Source: an uncultured delta proteobacterium (GTDB lineage: Bacteria > Desulfobacterota > Binatia > UBA9968). From it: a stretch of DNA of 64,000 nt. Every line of letters starts with the position of its first letter. Position 1 is the first letter of the stretch. The notes under the pieces were generated by a model. The model did not search any database. It was not told the origin of the DNA and saw only the letters and a list, made by a program, of their open reading frames with translations. This document shows positions 9,466 through 19,622 of this stretch, in pieces. The position numbers and the translations under genes are program-made. Where the stretch lies: contig CAWJBB010000021.1 in assembly GCA_963840855.1 (NCBI GenBank), positions 64,001 to 128,000 of the forward strand. Reading direction: 5' to 3'.

Positions 9466-9522
9466 TGACTACCTCACCTGGGTGCGCGCACCGACCCTCG
9501 GCATGCGCCATGCTGTGTTCGT

Positions 9523-9551
9523 AAGCTATCTTAATCGCTACGGAATTGCAA
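9523..9551 (-). promoter_or_regulatory. Putative sigma70 promoter of the pheA superoperon
   Basis: Minus strand TTGCAA-N17-TAGCTT upstream of pheA; pattern match only. Confidence 0.4.
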
Positions 9552-9608
9552 ATATTGATAAATTTCGACTTGACCCGATCGGGGCCATGGCTGTAACTAT
9601 CAAGGATA

Positions 9609-10505
9609 GTGCAAGAGATCATAGTTCCAGAGGCTCAAACGGGCAAGAAAATCGAGAATTTTCTCACGAGAAATTTTCCCATCGGCTACGTGCGCAAGCT
9701 GTTTCGTAAAAACGGCGTACGCCTGAACGGCAAACGCGCCAAGGCGCACGATCTAGTTCGACCTGGAGACCGGATCGAGCTTTTCATCCCTTTCGAGCCT
9801 GAGACCAGGCCGGCCGAAGGCCCGCCAGCCGAACCATCGGAGATCGATGTTCTCTTCGAAAGCGCTGAACTCCTGGTGCTCAATAAACCCGCCGGCCTCG
9901 CCGTCCATGAAGCGAAAGCCATCGCAAAGAATCGCACGCTTCTCGGTCTTCTCGAAGCGTATTTTCGAGGAACGCCATTCAAGCCGCGCCTGGTCCACCG
10001 CTTGGACAAGGACACGTCAGGCGTTTTGCTGGTCGCGAAAAATGTCGAGGTTGCGCAAGAAATCGCGACCTACTTCGAGGAGGGAAAGGTTGACAAGGAA
10101 TATCTCTGCCTGGTGGCCGGCCGGTTGCCGCGAAATACCGGCACCATCGACTCCCCTTTGCCTGGGCGGGATGGAAAACCCGTGCGGGCCATAACCCACT
10201 ATCGAATTGAAAAACGGTTTTCCGATACGACAATGGTCCGCGTGACCATCGAAACCGGCAGAATGCATCAAATCAGGCTGCACTTCGCGAAACTCGGTTA
10301 CCCCGTCGTCTTAGATAGCCGGCATGGAGACTTCGGTTTCAACAAGTCTTTTCGCAAACGCTTCGGTCTCAAACGCCATTTTCTCCATGCGGCGCGCCTG
10401 ACCATGAGTTTTCGCGGCAACAGATTCACTTGGGTGGCGCCGTCCCCCGATGATTTACAGCGAACCGTCGAAGGGCTCGCCGCCGCGCAACTGAGCCGAG
10501 TCTAA
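9609..10505 (+). CDS. RluA/RluC/RluD family pseudouridine synthase with S4 domain
   Basis: N-terminal S4 domain, NKPAGL, catalytic HRLDKDTSG, TGRMHQIRLH, FLHA. Confidence 0.93.
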   Translation: MQEIIVPEAQTGKKIENFLTRNFPIGYVRKLFRKNGVRLNGKRAKAHDLVRPGDRIELFIPFEPETRPAEGPPAEPSEIDVLFESAELLVLNKPAGLAVHEAKAIAKNRTLLGLLEAYFRGTPFKPRLVHRLDKDTSGVLLVAKNVEVAQEIATYFEEGKVDKEYLCLVAGRLPRNTGTIDSPLPGRDGKPVRAITHYRIEKRFSDTTMVRVTIETGRMHQIRLHFAKLGYPVVLDSRHGDFGFNKSFRKRFGLKRHFLHAARLTMSFRGNRFTWVAPSPDDLQRTVEGLAAAQLSRV

Positions 10506-10513
10506 CGTCCCCG

Positions 10514-11149
10514 TCAAAGTTTGAAAACCAACATAATGCCGTCGCGCAGCGGCAGAAGCACGTTGTCGACGCGCGGATCGTGGCGAATTCTTTTATTGAG
10601 CGCGTCGATGGCCTGGCTGCCGGGGTCCTTGGGATCGAGCACCCGGCCGCTCCTGAGCATATTGTCCAAGACGATCAGCCCTTTGGAGCGCACCAATTCC
10701 ATGCACGCGTCGTAGTAATCGCCGTAGGATTCTTTGTCGGCGTCGATAAAACAGATATCGAACGGCCCGGGGATGAACTTGAGCGAAAACAAAGCCGGTC
10801 CTAGTTTTACTTCGATTTTATCGGCATGCGCGCTCTGAGCGAAATATTGGCGGGCAATTTCGGTGGTCTCTGGATTGATATCGCAGCTGACGATATGGCC
10901 GCCTTTGGGCAGCGCCTCGGCCCAAGCCAGCGTGCTGTAACCGGTAAACATGCCGATCTCTAGAATCCGCCGAGCCCCGGTCATGCGCACCAACATTTTG
11001 AGAAACGCGCCCTCCAGCGCGCCGACCATCATTGCCGGGCTACGGGTCTTGGTGAAAGTCTCGAGCCATAACTTGGAATGGATATCCGACAGCGGCTTGC
11101 TATGGCGCTCAGCATAGTCCTCGATTCCCAGTGGTCTTAAATCAATCAT
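10514..11149 (-). CDS. SAM-dependent O-methyltransferase (caffeoyl-CoA OMT / Methyltransf_3 family)
   Basis: LEIGMFTGYS, FDICFIDADK, LDNMLRSG, RDGI. Start reset to ATG 11149 after GGAG. Confidence 0.9.
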   Translation of the reverse strand: MIDLRPLGIEDYAERHSKPLSDIHSKLWLETFTKTRSPAMMVGALEGAFLKMLVRMTGARRILEIGMFTGYSTLAWAEALPKGGHIVSCDINPETTEIARQYFAQSAHADKIEVKLGPALFSLKFIPGPFDICFIDADKESYGDYYDACMELVRSKGLIVLDNMLRSGRVLDPKDPGSQAIDALNKRIRHDPRVDNVLLPLRDGIMLVFKL

Positions 11150-11172
11150 GGCATCTCCTCGCTTCGCTCGGA

Positions 11173-11257
11173 ATCGCAAATTTCAGATGTCACATTGCAA
11201 AAACGAGCTTTGCATTTTTCATTCCGCATTTTGCGTTCTGCCTTCGACATTCTCAAA
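11173..11257. repeat. Degenerate inverted heptamer arrays (ATTGCAA-like / TTTGCAT-like)
   Basis: ATCGCAA ATTTCAG ATGTCAC ATTGCAA (11173-11200), then TTTGCAT TTTTCAT TCCGCAT TTTGCGT TCTGCCT TCGACAT (11209-11250). Confidence 0.6.
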
Positions 11258-11290
11258 TCTGAATTGTCTACTTTTTCTTCCATCAGTCCC

Positions 11291-11343
11291 TTCCAACGGC
11301 TTTAACGACTGGAACCGTTGGAACGTTTGAAACCATTGGAGCC
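11291..11343. repeat. Degenerate 9-bp-period array
   Basis: TTCCAACGG CTTTAACGA CTGGAACCG TTGGAACGT TTGAAACCA TTGGAGCC. Confidence 0.6.
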
Positions 11344-12093
11344 TTAGGGTCCCGTGAGTCGCATTCCGCCGTCCACCGGAAGTATCGCCGCCGTCACCAT
11401 CGAAGCTTCGTCCGAGGCCAGATAGAGCGCCGCATAGGCAACATCTTCCGGTTCCCCGATCCGGCCAATTGGCACTCTGGTTTTGTAACGCGCCAACTTC
11501 TCTGGTGTGGACGTATCCACCATCGGTGTTCGCGTCGGACCAGGGCAGATGCAGTTCACGCGAATCTTATCCTTGGCGTGATCCATGGCCATCGCTTCGG
11601 TGAGCCGCACCATGCCGCCTTTAGAGGCGCAATAGGCCGCCCGTCCCGACTGTCCGAGCATTCCGGACCGCGCCGCAATATGGAGAATCACACCGCCGCC
11701 GCGTTTTTTCATCTCCGGAATCGCCAGACGCGAAACTATGAAAGCGCCTTTTAGATTGACGTCTAGGGTGCGATCCCAATCCTCTTCCGTGATGTCGGTG
11801 ATGCTGCCGTTGGTGCGCACGCCGCCGCTGTTCACGACGATATCGATGCTCCCAAACTGCCGGACGGTTTCATCGATCAAAGTTTTCATCTGTGCCGAGT
11901 CGGAAACATCGCCGGGCCAGAACAATGCTTTGCCGCCGAGTTTCTCGACCATGGCAACGGTCTCCCGCCCCTTAGATTCGGTGGGCGAGGTGCCCGTCAC
12001 CGCCGCGCCTTCCTTGGCGAACATCACGGCGATGGCCTGGCCCAAGCCGGAACCGAAGCCGGTGATGAACGCCACTTTCCCTTTGAGTTTCAT
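11344..12093 (-). CDS. Short-chain dehydrogenase/reductase (classical SDR)
   Basis: TGFGSGLG, VNSGG, catalytic YCASK, RVNCICPG, VDGG. Confidence 0.92.
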   Translation of the reverse strand: MKLKGKVAFITGFGSGLGQAIAVMFAKEGAAVTGTSPTESKGRETVAMVEKLGGKALFWPGDVSDSAQMKTLIDETVRQFGSIDIVVNSGGVRTNGSITDITEEDWDRTLDVNLKGAFIVSRLAIPEMKKRGGGVILHIAARSGMLGQSGRAAYCASKGGMVRLTEAMAMDHAKDKIRVNCICPGPTRTPMVDTSTPEKLARYKTRVPIGRIGEPEDVAYAALYLASDEASMVTAAILPVDGGMRLTGP

Positions 12094-12139
12094 CGCGCTC
12101 TAACCTCCTTGGCAATCAACATATACCTTCGACGCCGGG

Positions 12140-12168
12140 TTGACTCAACTCTCACCGGTTGTTAACTT
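12140..12168 (+). promoter_or_regulatory. Putative sigma70 promoter for the CobW-family gene
   Basis: TTGACT-N17-TAACTT with TG just before the -10, about 30 nt upstream of ATG 12200. Confidence 0.4.
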
Positions 12169-12199
12169 CATCCAACGATTTTAGCGGGATCGACAAAAA

Positions 12200-13457
12200 A
12201 TGAGCGCCAATGCCAACGAAAGAGTCCCGGTTACCGTACTGACGGGTTTTCTGGGCGCGGGAAAAACAACCCTTCTCAATCGCATACTCACCGCCGAACA
12301 TGGCCGCCGGGTCGCCGTCATCGTCAATGAGTTCGGCGAAGTGGGAATCGACCACCATTTGCTGATCTCCTCGGACCAGGAAATCGTGGAGATGAGCAAC
12401 GGTTGTATTTGCTGCACCGTGCGCGGCGATCTCTTGCGCAGCCTGTTTCAACTGCTCGAACACAAATCGAAGTTCGACACTTTGATGATTGAAACGACCG
12501 GCCTCGCCGACCCTGCTCCGGTGGTCCAGAGCTTTTTCGTCGACGAGCGGATCAAAAGCGAGTACCAGCTCAATGGCGTCGTCACCGTCGTCGACGCCAA
12601 ACATATCTTTCAACAGCTCGGCAATTCGCCTGAGGCCAAAGAGCAGATCGCCTTCGCCGACATGGTGCTGTTAAACAAAACCGATCTCATCAACCCCGAA
12701 GACCTGCCGGAGCTGGAATATAAGATCAGAAATCTGAACGGCGCCGCGCGCATCTGCCAGACGAGAAATTCCGACGTGGACATCGGCATGGTCCTGGATC
12801 TGCGCAGCCTCGAGCCTCGAGGTCAAAGCCGAACAGCACGACCACAATCACAAACACACGGAAGACATCGAAACGGTCGCCATCGTGACTGCGGGCGATC
12901 TCGACGGCGTCAAAATCAGCCAATGGTTTCGCGAGCTGATCGCCGAGTTCGGCGCACGGATCATGCGCATGAAAGGGATTCTCAACCTGCGCAAAGACCC
13001 CGATCAATTTGTTTTCCAGGGCGTGCACATGCTTTTCGAGGGCCGGCCGGGGCGCCCGTGGGGAGACGCCGAAGACAGAATAAACCGTCTCGTCTTCATC
13101 GGCCGCGAACTGAACAAAGAAAAAATCACTCGAGGTTTCATGGACTGCATCACGGCTGAAAACGGCGACGCTTCAGCCGCCGACGTCGATCCCTTCGGGC
13201 GCAAGCAGGATGTTTCAAATTTTACCCTGGACCAAATCCGCTACTGGGTGCAAACAATCCTCACCTTTCCACCCGATGCGCCCATAGTCATTAAAGAAGT
13301 GCCCTGCGTGAAAGCCGGCTGCCCGCCGGTGGAAACCGCGATCATGGTTTTCTTGCCCGCCGAGCCACCGAGAGTTTTCAAGATTCTCGCGCGTATCAAT
13401 GATGTGACCTTCGATCATGTCTATAACCTGATCGAAAATCCCCTTCCCTGCTGTTAA
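12200..13457 (+). CDS. COG0523/CobW-family metal-chaperone GTPase with an extra Cys-rich C-terminal domain; +1 frameshift near 12814 (probably artefact)
   Basis: GFLGAGKT, GCICC, ETTGLADP, NKTD. Removing one base in CTCGAGCCTCGAG gives LDLEVKAEQHDHNHKHTEDI and joins the CobW_C domain (RMKGIL...FQGVH...LVFIGREL). Confidence 0.88.
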
Positions 13458-13486
13458 TTCGCAACGGCGGATTGCGACACAGCCTG

Positions 13487-15130
13487 TTAACGAAACCAGG
13501 AAAGATTCTCGAACTCGATGAACGCCGCCTCGAGGCGCCACTGCTCCAGCGCGCGCTCGCTGCGCTCGAGAAGTTTGTCGCAACTCTCCGATGGCAGCCG
13601 CGTACCGGGAGCATCCGCGCTGCAGGCTAATGCCATAATGTAAGGGGCATTGCTGCGCCAGAGGCTTTCGCCGGGAAGGAAACTGTATTCCAGGCTATTG
13701 CGCGCCAGCCGTTTTAGATCCGGGTAGGTCAGACCATAATCGCGCACGGCGCGGAGAAATTCATTACTGAGGTCAATTCGGGCTACGCCTTCGTCGTCGG
13801 AGGCCAGGACAACCGGCACCCCGGCCTTGAGATAATCCGGCAGCGGATGATCCGCGCCTTTAACGTTAAGAATGACATCGTTGCTGGTCAGGCAGATCTC
13901 GACCGCCACGCCCCGCTGTTTCATCTTCGCCATGAGCTCGAAGGGCTCGTCTTCGTGGAGAATATCTACGCCATGGCCAATTCTGCGCGCTTTGGCGATT
14001 TCCACCGCCTGACGGATATGAAAGCGCAGGTCCTCGGGGCGGACCAGGCCCATGGTTAGCTCGCCGGCGTGTAGCGAAATCTTGACTTCGGGGAGTTGGC
14101 TGGCGAGGTAGCCCACCATCGTCATGTGCAGACTATAATCCCGCAGCGCCACCGTATGGTCCTCTGGCGCCACGAGATTGATGCCCACCACGAGTGGTTC
14201 GGCTTTGGAAAGCTCGAAGGCAAAAGCAAACTGGGCGAATACCTGCTCCGGTTGGCCCACCCGGTTGGTTTGCGCCATCAGACGCCCCGTAACGTTGCAC
14301 GCCGGCTGCGCTTCGGTGGGGCTATCGCATTTTAGCGACTCACGGTATGTACGCACGCGATTGTTCAGGTCGATCCGGGCTCGGTTCACGAGCGTTCCCA
14401 ACCCGTTGGCGAGCAGCCATTGCCGCTGCTTGCCGAAGTCGCCTTGATCCTGAGGATCTATCTTGGGCATCTTTCCCGCTAGTTCATAGACGGCGTCACT
14501 CTCAAAGGTGAGCATGATCTCAAGATACTGGATATTTTGTGACGCCGCGCGATTGGCCACTTCGGTCAGCATCTCCACGCCGTGCTCGTAAGGATTCGAC
14601 GCAGCGCCGAAGCCACCGAACGAGGCAAAGAACTGATCGTGGCCGGATTGGCCGGCAAAGTCGAGATTGCGGGTGGAAAGCTTGTTAATGAGAGCATCCC
14701 GCGCCGCGTTTTTTTGCATCAAGGTTTTCGCTAGAGGCGTTTGGTCGCTTTCCTTGCAAGGCGGCGGGACCAAACGTTGCGCCGCAAGGTCGACGCAAAA
14801 GTTTCCTTCCGCCGCCCACTCCAGATAGCTTTCCGCATACACCGCGCCACTCAGGTGCGAATGAAGATCGCCGCCCTTGGGCATACGTTGCACAAAGGCG
14901 CGCAGCATGGGCGGACGATGGCGATGCGCCTCGAACCAAGCCGCGGCGCGGTCGGTGGCCGGACTCGACGCGTCAGTGGCGATTCCGACAGAACGGTCAA
15001 CCGAGGGCCTTGTTGAACCCGTCTCCAGTGGTTGGGTCACACAGGCGTTAACAGACATTGTCAATGCGGCAAGTGCGCCGAGCAGCTTTGCGGTTCTTAA
15101 GCCCTACTGGCCGGTGGTCATCATGTCCAT
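13487..15130 (-). CDS. Adenosine deaminase family protein, probable lipoprotein; in-frame TAG at 15104-15106 within the predicted signal peptide
   Basis: DLHSHLSG, SLHAGE, RIGHG, ASDDEG. The track ORF starts at TTG 15064, but the frame continues upstream as MDMMTTGQ*GLRTAKLLGALAALTMSVNAC with an AGGTG RBS. Confidence 0.8.
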
Positions 15131-15267
15131 GAGCAACACCTATGTTGCTTGGAAGCGGACTGAGTCAACAACGCCCCGCGCAATGTTCGCTATCAATGAA
15201 GCTTCGATGCGGCGGGTTTGAAAAGCGCACCCAAACCCTTTCTCGGCAGAGATCTAGAATCCAATTA

Positions 15268-16675
15268 CTACTCCGCCGCGAGCTTGTGCACGAGCTCATA
15301 CATGCCGCGCAGGCCGGCGCGCAGGCTCTGGATAGTCATTCTTTCATCGATTCCGTGTACCATACCGCCCTCGGAGGCGGGATTGCGCAGCGGCATAAAT
15401 CCAAAACAAGGAAAACCCTTCTCACGAAAAAAATGACAGTCGGTAAAACCCCGCACCAGCGGCGATACCACCGCGACGCCGTCGTTGTTTTTCGCCATCT
15501 CGGTAATGATTCCCATCGCCTCCGGGTGCGGCGGCGAAGTCGCCGGCGGAAATGACAGGATGACCTCGATCTTGATCGAATCATCGCCGATGATTTTCTT
15601 TAGCTCTTTAATGAACTCCTGGGGATCCTCGCCGGGCAGGAGTCGCACATCGAGCTCGGCTGTGGCCTCTGCGGGGATGACGTTGGTTTTTTCAGAGGCC
15701 TTGATCACCGTGATCGCAATCGTATTACGTACGCGCGGCGTCATTGCGCGAGTCCTTGGCAAATTCCGCAGCGAACGCTGGATCTTGCAAAGAAGCGCGC
15801 AGATCGAGATATTTCTTGCGCCGCTCGTCTGGCTCGGAGTTCGCCGTTTGGGCATAGAACTTCTGCACTTCGGGCACGACTTTGATCGGCGCGCGATATT
15901 GCGTAACGCGCTGCAATGCCGCGATGAGCTTGTTCACCGCAAGGTTGCTGGCGGGTGTAGAACCATGGCCGGGTTGTCCTCGAGCGGTCAAACGCAGCCA
16001 GAGCGGCGTCTTTTCCGCTATGCTGACGCTGTATTCCCGTGCTTTGCCGTCCGTGCCCAGTCTTATGCCGCCGCCTTCGTTCAAAACCAGACCGACGTTG
16101 GCAAACAATTCCGGATGCTTTTCCAGCAAATATCCCGCGCCCATGGCGCCGCCCGCCTCTTCATCGGCGGTGCCGAGAAAAATCACGTCGCCTTTGAGCG
16201 GGATATTCTGGCGCTTCAACGCCAAAAGTGTCATTAACTCCGCCACCGCCGGCCCTTTATTATCCAGCGCGCCGCGGCCCCAGATCTGCCCATCCTTGAT
16301 GAGCCCGCTGAACGGCGGCTCTTTCCATTCTTTCGGGTTGGCGGGGACCACGTCCATGTGATTGAGCAAGAGCACGGCTTTCTTGGTTCCGTTGCCGCGC
16401 AAGCGGGCGAAAATATTGCCCCGCCCCGGCGCCGACTCGATGATCCGCGCTTCGATGCCGGCGTGGTCGAAGATTTGCTTGAAGAACTGAGCGGCCTTGA
16501 TTTCGTTGCCCGGCGGATTGGTGGTATCGATTTGGATGTAGCGGCTGAGAGTCGATACCGCTTCGTCTTCTAAGCCCTTCCAGTCAAGCTTGACTTCGGC
16601 CGCGTATCCGCCCGCAACCGCAGCCAAGGTAACCAGCACCACCGCGACGGGATTGAAGCGTTTTCTTCCATTCAT
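15268..16675 (-). CDS. Exported M20/M25/M40 metallopeptidase; +1 frameshift near 15733 (probably artefact)
   Basis: Signal peptide, DTTNPPGNE, HMDVVPA, GRGALDNKG, DEEAGG; second frame carries NVIP, DVRLLPG, GFTD, HGIDER. Confidence 0.88.
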
Positions 16676-16695
16676 AGTGCGCCTCAAGTATAACT

Positions 16696-17613
16696 TTAAG
16701 ACGAGAGAAAGCCGTTGACGGTTTTCAATATTTCCTGCTGTTGGTTTGGGTGATACCAAAGAACCTCCCGGTCGCCGCGAAACCAGGTGAGCTGTCGCCT
16801 GGCGAGATGACGAGTTTCCTGTTTCATTTCTTCAAGCGCGTCCGAGTGTTCTTGCACGCCCTGTAAAACTCGGCCCATCTGAAGATAGCCGACGCTGCGC
16901 AGCGGTCTTAGGTCCAAAGCGTAACCCTTAGCGGCTAATTCCTGTACTTCTTCCAACAGACCGTCCTGAATCATCCGATCGCAACGTCGGTTGATGCGAT
17001 CATACAGCTCGCCCCGTTCGCGGTTCAAACCGATTTTGAGCACCTGAAACGGCTGCTCTTGGAATGCATGCTCCCGCTGCCACTCGCTAAGCCGCCTACC
17101 CGTGAGCTCATAAACCTCTAATGCACGGATCGTGCGCTGGCGATCATTGGGATGAATCGAGGACGTTACCGTCGGATCGAGATCGACCAAACGTTGATAT
17201 AGAGAGCTCAAGCCGCTTTCGTCAATTTCTTGTTCGAACCGCCGGCGAATTTCCGGATCCTGTCCGGGTCCTTCGAAGAGCCCGCGGGTTAACGCCTTGA
17301 GATACAATCCGGTGCCGCCGCAAACGATCACATTCTTATTCCTTTCATGAATTTGCCAAATGATTTCCGTAGCCACGTGACGGAACATCGCGGCGTTAAA
17401 CTCTTCATCGGGTTTGACGACATCGATCAGGTGATGGCGGATGCGCCCGCGGTCGGATATCGACGGCTTTCCCGTGCCGATGTCCATATAGCGGTACACC
17501 TGTTGCGAATCAGCGTTGACTATCTCCCCGCGGATTCGGGCGGACAGTTCCAGCGCAAGTTCGCTTTTGCCAACCGCCGTGGGACCGACGATAACAACGA
17601 TTTTGGCTTTCAT
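16696..17613 (-). CDS. miaA: tRNA dimethylallyltransferase
   Basis: GPTAVGKS, DSQQVYRYMDIGTGKP, GGTGLY, RRQLTWFR; follows mutL. Confidence 0.97.
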   Translation of the reverse strand: MKAKIVVIVGPTAVGKSELALELSARIRGEIVNADSQQVYRYMDIGTGKPSISDRGRIRHHLIDVVKPDEEFNAAMFRHVATEIIWQIHERNKNVIVCGGTGLYLKALTRGLFEGPGQDPEIRRRFEQEIDESGLSSLYQRLVDLDPTVTSSIHPNDRQRTIRALEVYELTGRRLSEWQREHAFQEQPFQVLKIGLNRERGELYDRINRRCDRMIQDGLLEEVQELAAKGYALDLRPLRSVGYLQMGRVLQGVQEHSDALEEMKQETRHLARRQLTWFRGDREVLWYHPNQQQEILKTVNGFLSS

Positions 17614-17630
17614 CGAACTCGAAGCGTTCT

Positions 17631-17719
17631 GTTCAAGGTTCAATGTTCAAAAGTTCAAGGTTGATTCTAGGAATCCTCCGCTCCGCCACTTTGAACATTG
17701 AACGTTGAACTTTGAACGG
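17631..17719. repeat. Inverted heptamer-array hairpin, second copy
   Basis: GTTCAAGGTTCAATGTTCAAAAGTTCAAGG ... CTTTGAACATTGAACGTTGAACTTTGAACGG in the mutL-miaA spacer. Confidence 0.85.
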
Positions 17720-17725
17720 CGAAGC

Positions 17726-19459
17726 CTACACCACCCGCTTGAACAGCCGGTCCAAATCAGCGCGGCTAAACTCGATCAGCACCGGCCGCCCATGGGGGCA
17801 TTGTGTGGCATGATCGGTCTGGTCCAGATCGGTAAGCAAGGCGCGCATCTCATCCGGCTCCAGTTTTCGATTGGCGCGAATTACGTTGTGGCAGGCGATG
17901 GTGGCGAGCCGCTCTTCCAGGTGCTGGCGCAATTTCTCCGACTCGTCGACTTCCGCTAACTCGGCGATCATCTGGCGCACTGTTTGGACGTAGTCTCCTT
18001 CAGGCAACAGCGCCGGCGCCGCCGTGATCGCGAAGCAATTTGGGCCGAAAGGCTCCAGCATGAATCCGAACCGCTCCAGCACCGGCAGCTTGCGCTCCAG
18101 CAAAAGCAATTCGCCCGCCGACAATTCCAAAGTCTGTGGAATCAAGAGGCTTTGCGTCGCCACTGCGCCGCTGGACAATTGGCGGCGGAGCTTTTCGAAA
18201 GCCACCCGCTCATGGGCGGCATGCTGGTCGATGAGCGACAACCCGTTATCCGACACACAGACCAGATAGCAGCCGAGAATTTGACCCAACACGGTCATAG
18301 AAGAGAAAAAACCATTCGGCCGAGCCGCCGCTTGGACCGGCACGGAAAATAGTTCCCGCGCGGGAAGCGATAGAAAATTCACGGCCGATGAACGCGCGTA
18401 AGGCATCGGTGATTCAAAAACATGGTAAAACTCGCGGTGCTCCGCGAGCGCCGCTCGCGCTGACGGCTCTTTGGCATTGTCTTTCAACGCCGCGCGGATC
18501 GCCTGCGTTACCGCGCCGTGGATTTCGTTCTGGCGGCGGAAGCGCACTTCAAATTTTGCCGGATGAACGTTGACGTCGACCTCGCCGTAAGGAATCTCGA
18601 GAAAAAGAACCACGACGGGATATTGTCCCTTCATCAGCAAAGTATCGTAGCCCTGCATCACCGCGTGGGTGAGCACCTTGTCGCGCACGTAACGGCGGTT
18701 GACGAAGGTAAAAAGATAGCGGGCGTTGGGATAAGAAACCGGCGCGGCGCTTAAGTAACCGCTGATGCCGATTTCACCATGAAACCAGGAAAACGGCGCA
18801 AGGTTCTTAACCATATCGGGACCCAGCACCTGGCCCAACCGGTCCCTGGCGTCCCGCACGGACACGTAGTCCGCGATATTCCGTCCGTCATGCTGCAGGC
18901 GAAAGTGAATCGCCGGGAAAACCAATGCCATGCGATTGACCACATCGCAGATATGGCTCAGTTCCGTAGCGGGAGCTTTAAGAAACTTTCGGCGCGCCGG
19001 GATGTTGAAAAAAATATCTCTGATCTCAACCGTCGTTCCCACCGCCGCCGCGCTGGCGCGCGCTGCCTCTTTGCGCCCGCCACTGACCCGGAGCCGCTGG
19101 CCAGTTGTCGCCGTCGCCGGGCGCGAGACGATTTCAAGTTTCGCTACCGAGCCGATGCTCGGCAAGGCTTCGCCGCGAAAGCCAAGCGTCGCGATGCGCA
19201 ACAGATCTTCTTCGCCGCGAAGTTTGCTCGTGGAATGTCTCTCCACGGCGAGCGCCAGGTCTTCCGGTGCCATCCCTTCGCCGTTGTCGCTCACGCGAAT
19301 CAATGACGCGCCGCTCTTTTCAACCCAGACCGAGATCTCCGTAGCGTTCGCGTCTATAGAATTTTCCAGCAGCTCCTTCACCACCGAAGCCGGACGTTCC
19401 ACCACCTCCCCCGCCGCGATACGGCTCGCCATCTCATCTGAAAGGATTTGGATTTTCAC
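17726..19459 (-). CDS. mutL: DNA mismatch repair endonuclease MutL
   Basis: IAAGEVVERP, ELLENSIDA, GFRGEALPSI, DVNVHPAK, endonuclease motifs DQHAAHER and CPHGRP. Confidence 0.97.
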   Translation of the reverse strand: MKIQILSDEMASRIAAGEVVERPASVVKELLENSIDANATEISVWVEKSGASLIRVSDNGEGMAPEDLALAVERHSTSKLRGEEDLLRIATLGFRGEALPSIGSVAKLEIVSRPATATTGQRLRVSGGRKEAARASAAAVGTTVEIRDIFFNIPARRKFLKAPATELSHICDVVNRMALVFPAIHFRLQHDGRNIADYVSVRDARDRLGQVLGPDMVKNLAPFSWFHGEIGISGYLSAAPVSYPNARYLFTFVNRRYVRDKVLTHAVMQGYDTLLMKGQYPVVVLFLEIPYGEVDVNVHPAKFEVRFRRQNEIHGAVTQAIRAALKDNAKEPSARAALAEHREFYHVFESPMPYARSSAVNFLSLPARELFSVPVQAAARPNGFFSSMTVLGQILGCYLVCVSDNGLSLIDQHAAHERVAFEKLRRQLSSGAVATQSLLIPQTLELSAGELLLLERKLPVLERFGFMLEPFGPNCFAITAAPALLPEGDYVQTVRQMIAELAEVDESEKLRQHLEERLATIACHNVIRANRKLEPDEMRALLTDLDQTDHATQCPHGRPVLIEFSRADLDRLFKRVV

Positions 19460-19622
19460 TTTTGTGGGAGTTTCTTAATTTTGAGCATATCTTAGCCTGC
19501 ATTACAGGGTCAAGAAAACAGGCCGTTATCATGAACTTCCCATTGACTTGTTCCATTGGCCTTGGGTAACTTGAATCCGCCAGGCTTCTTGCGGCTGAAA
19601 ACAACGCCGCGAGGGAGGTCCT

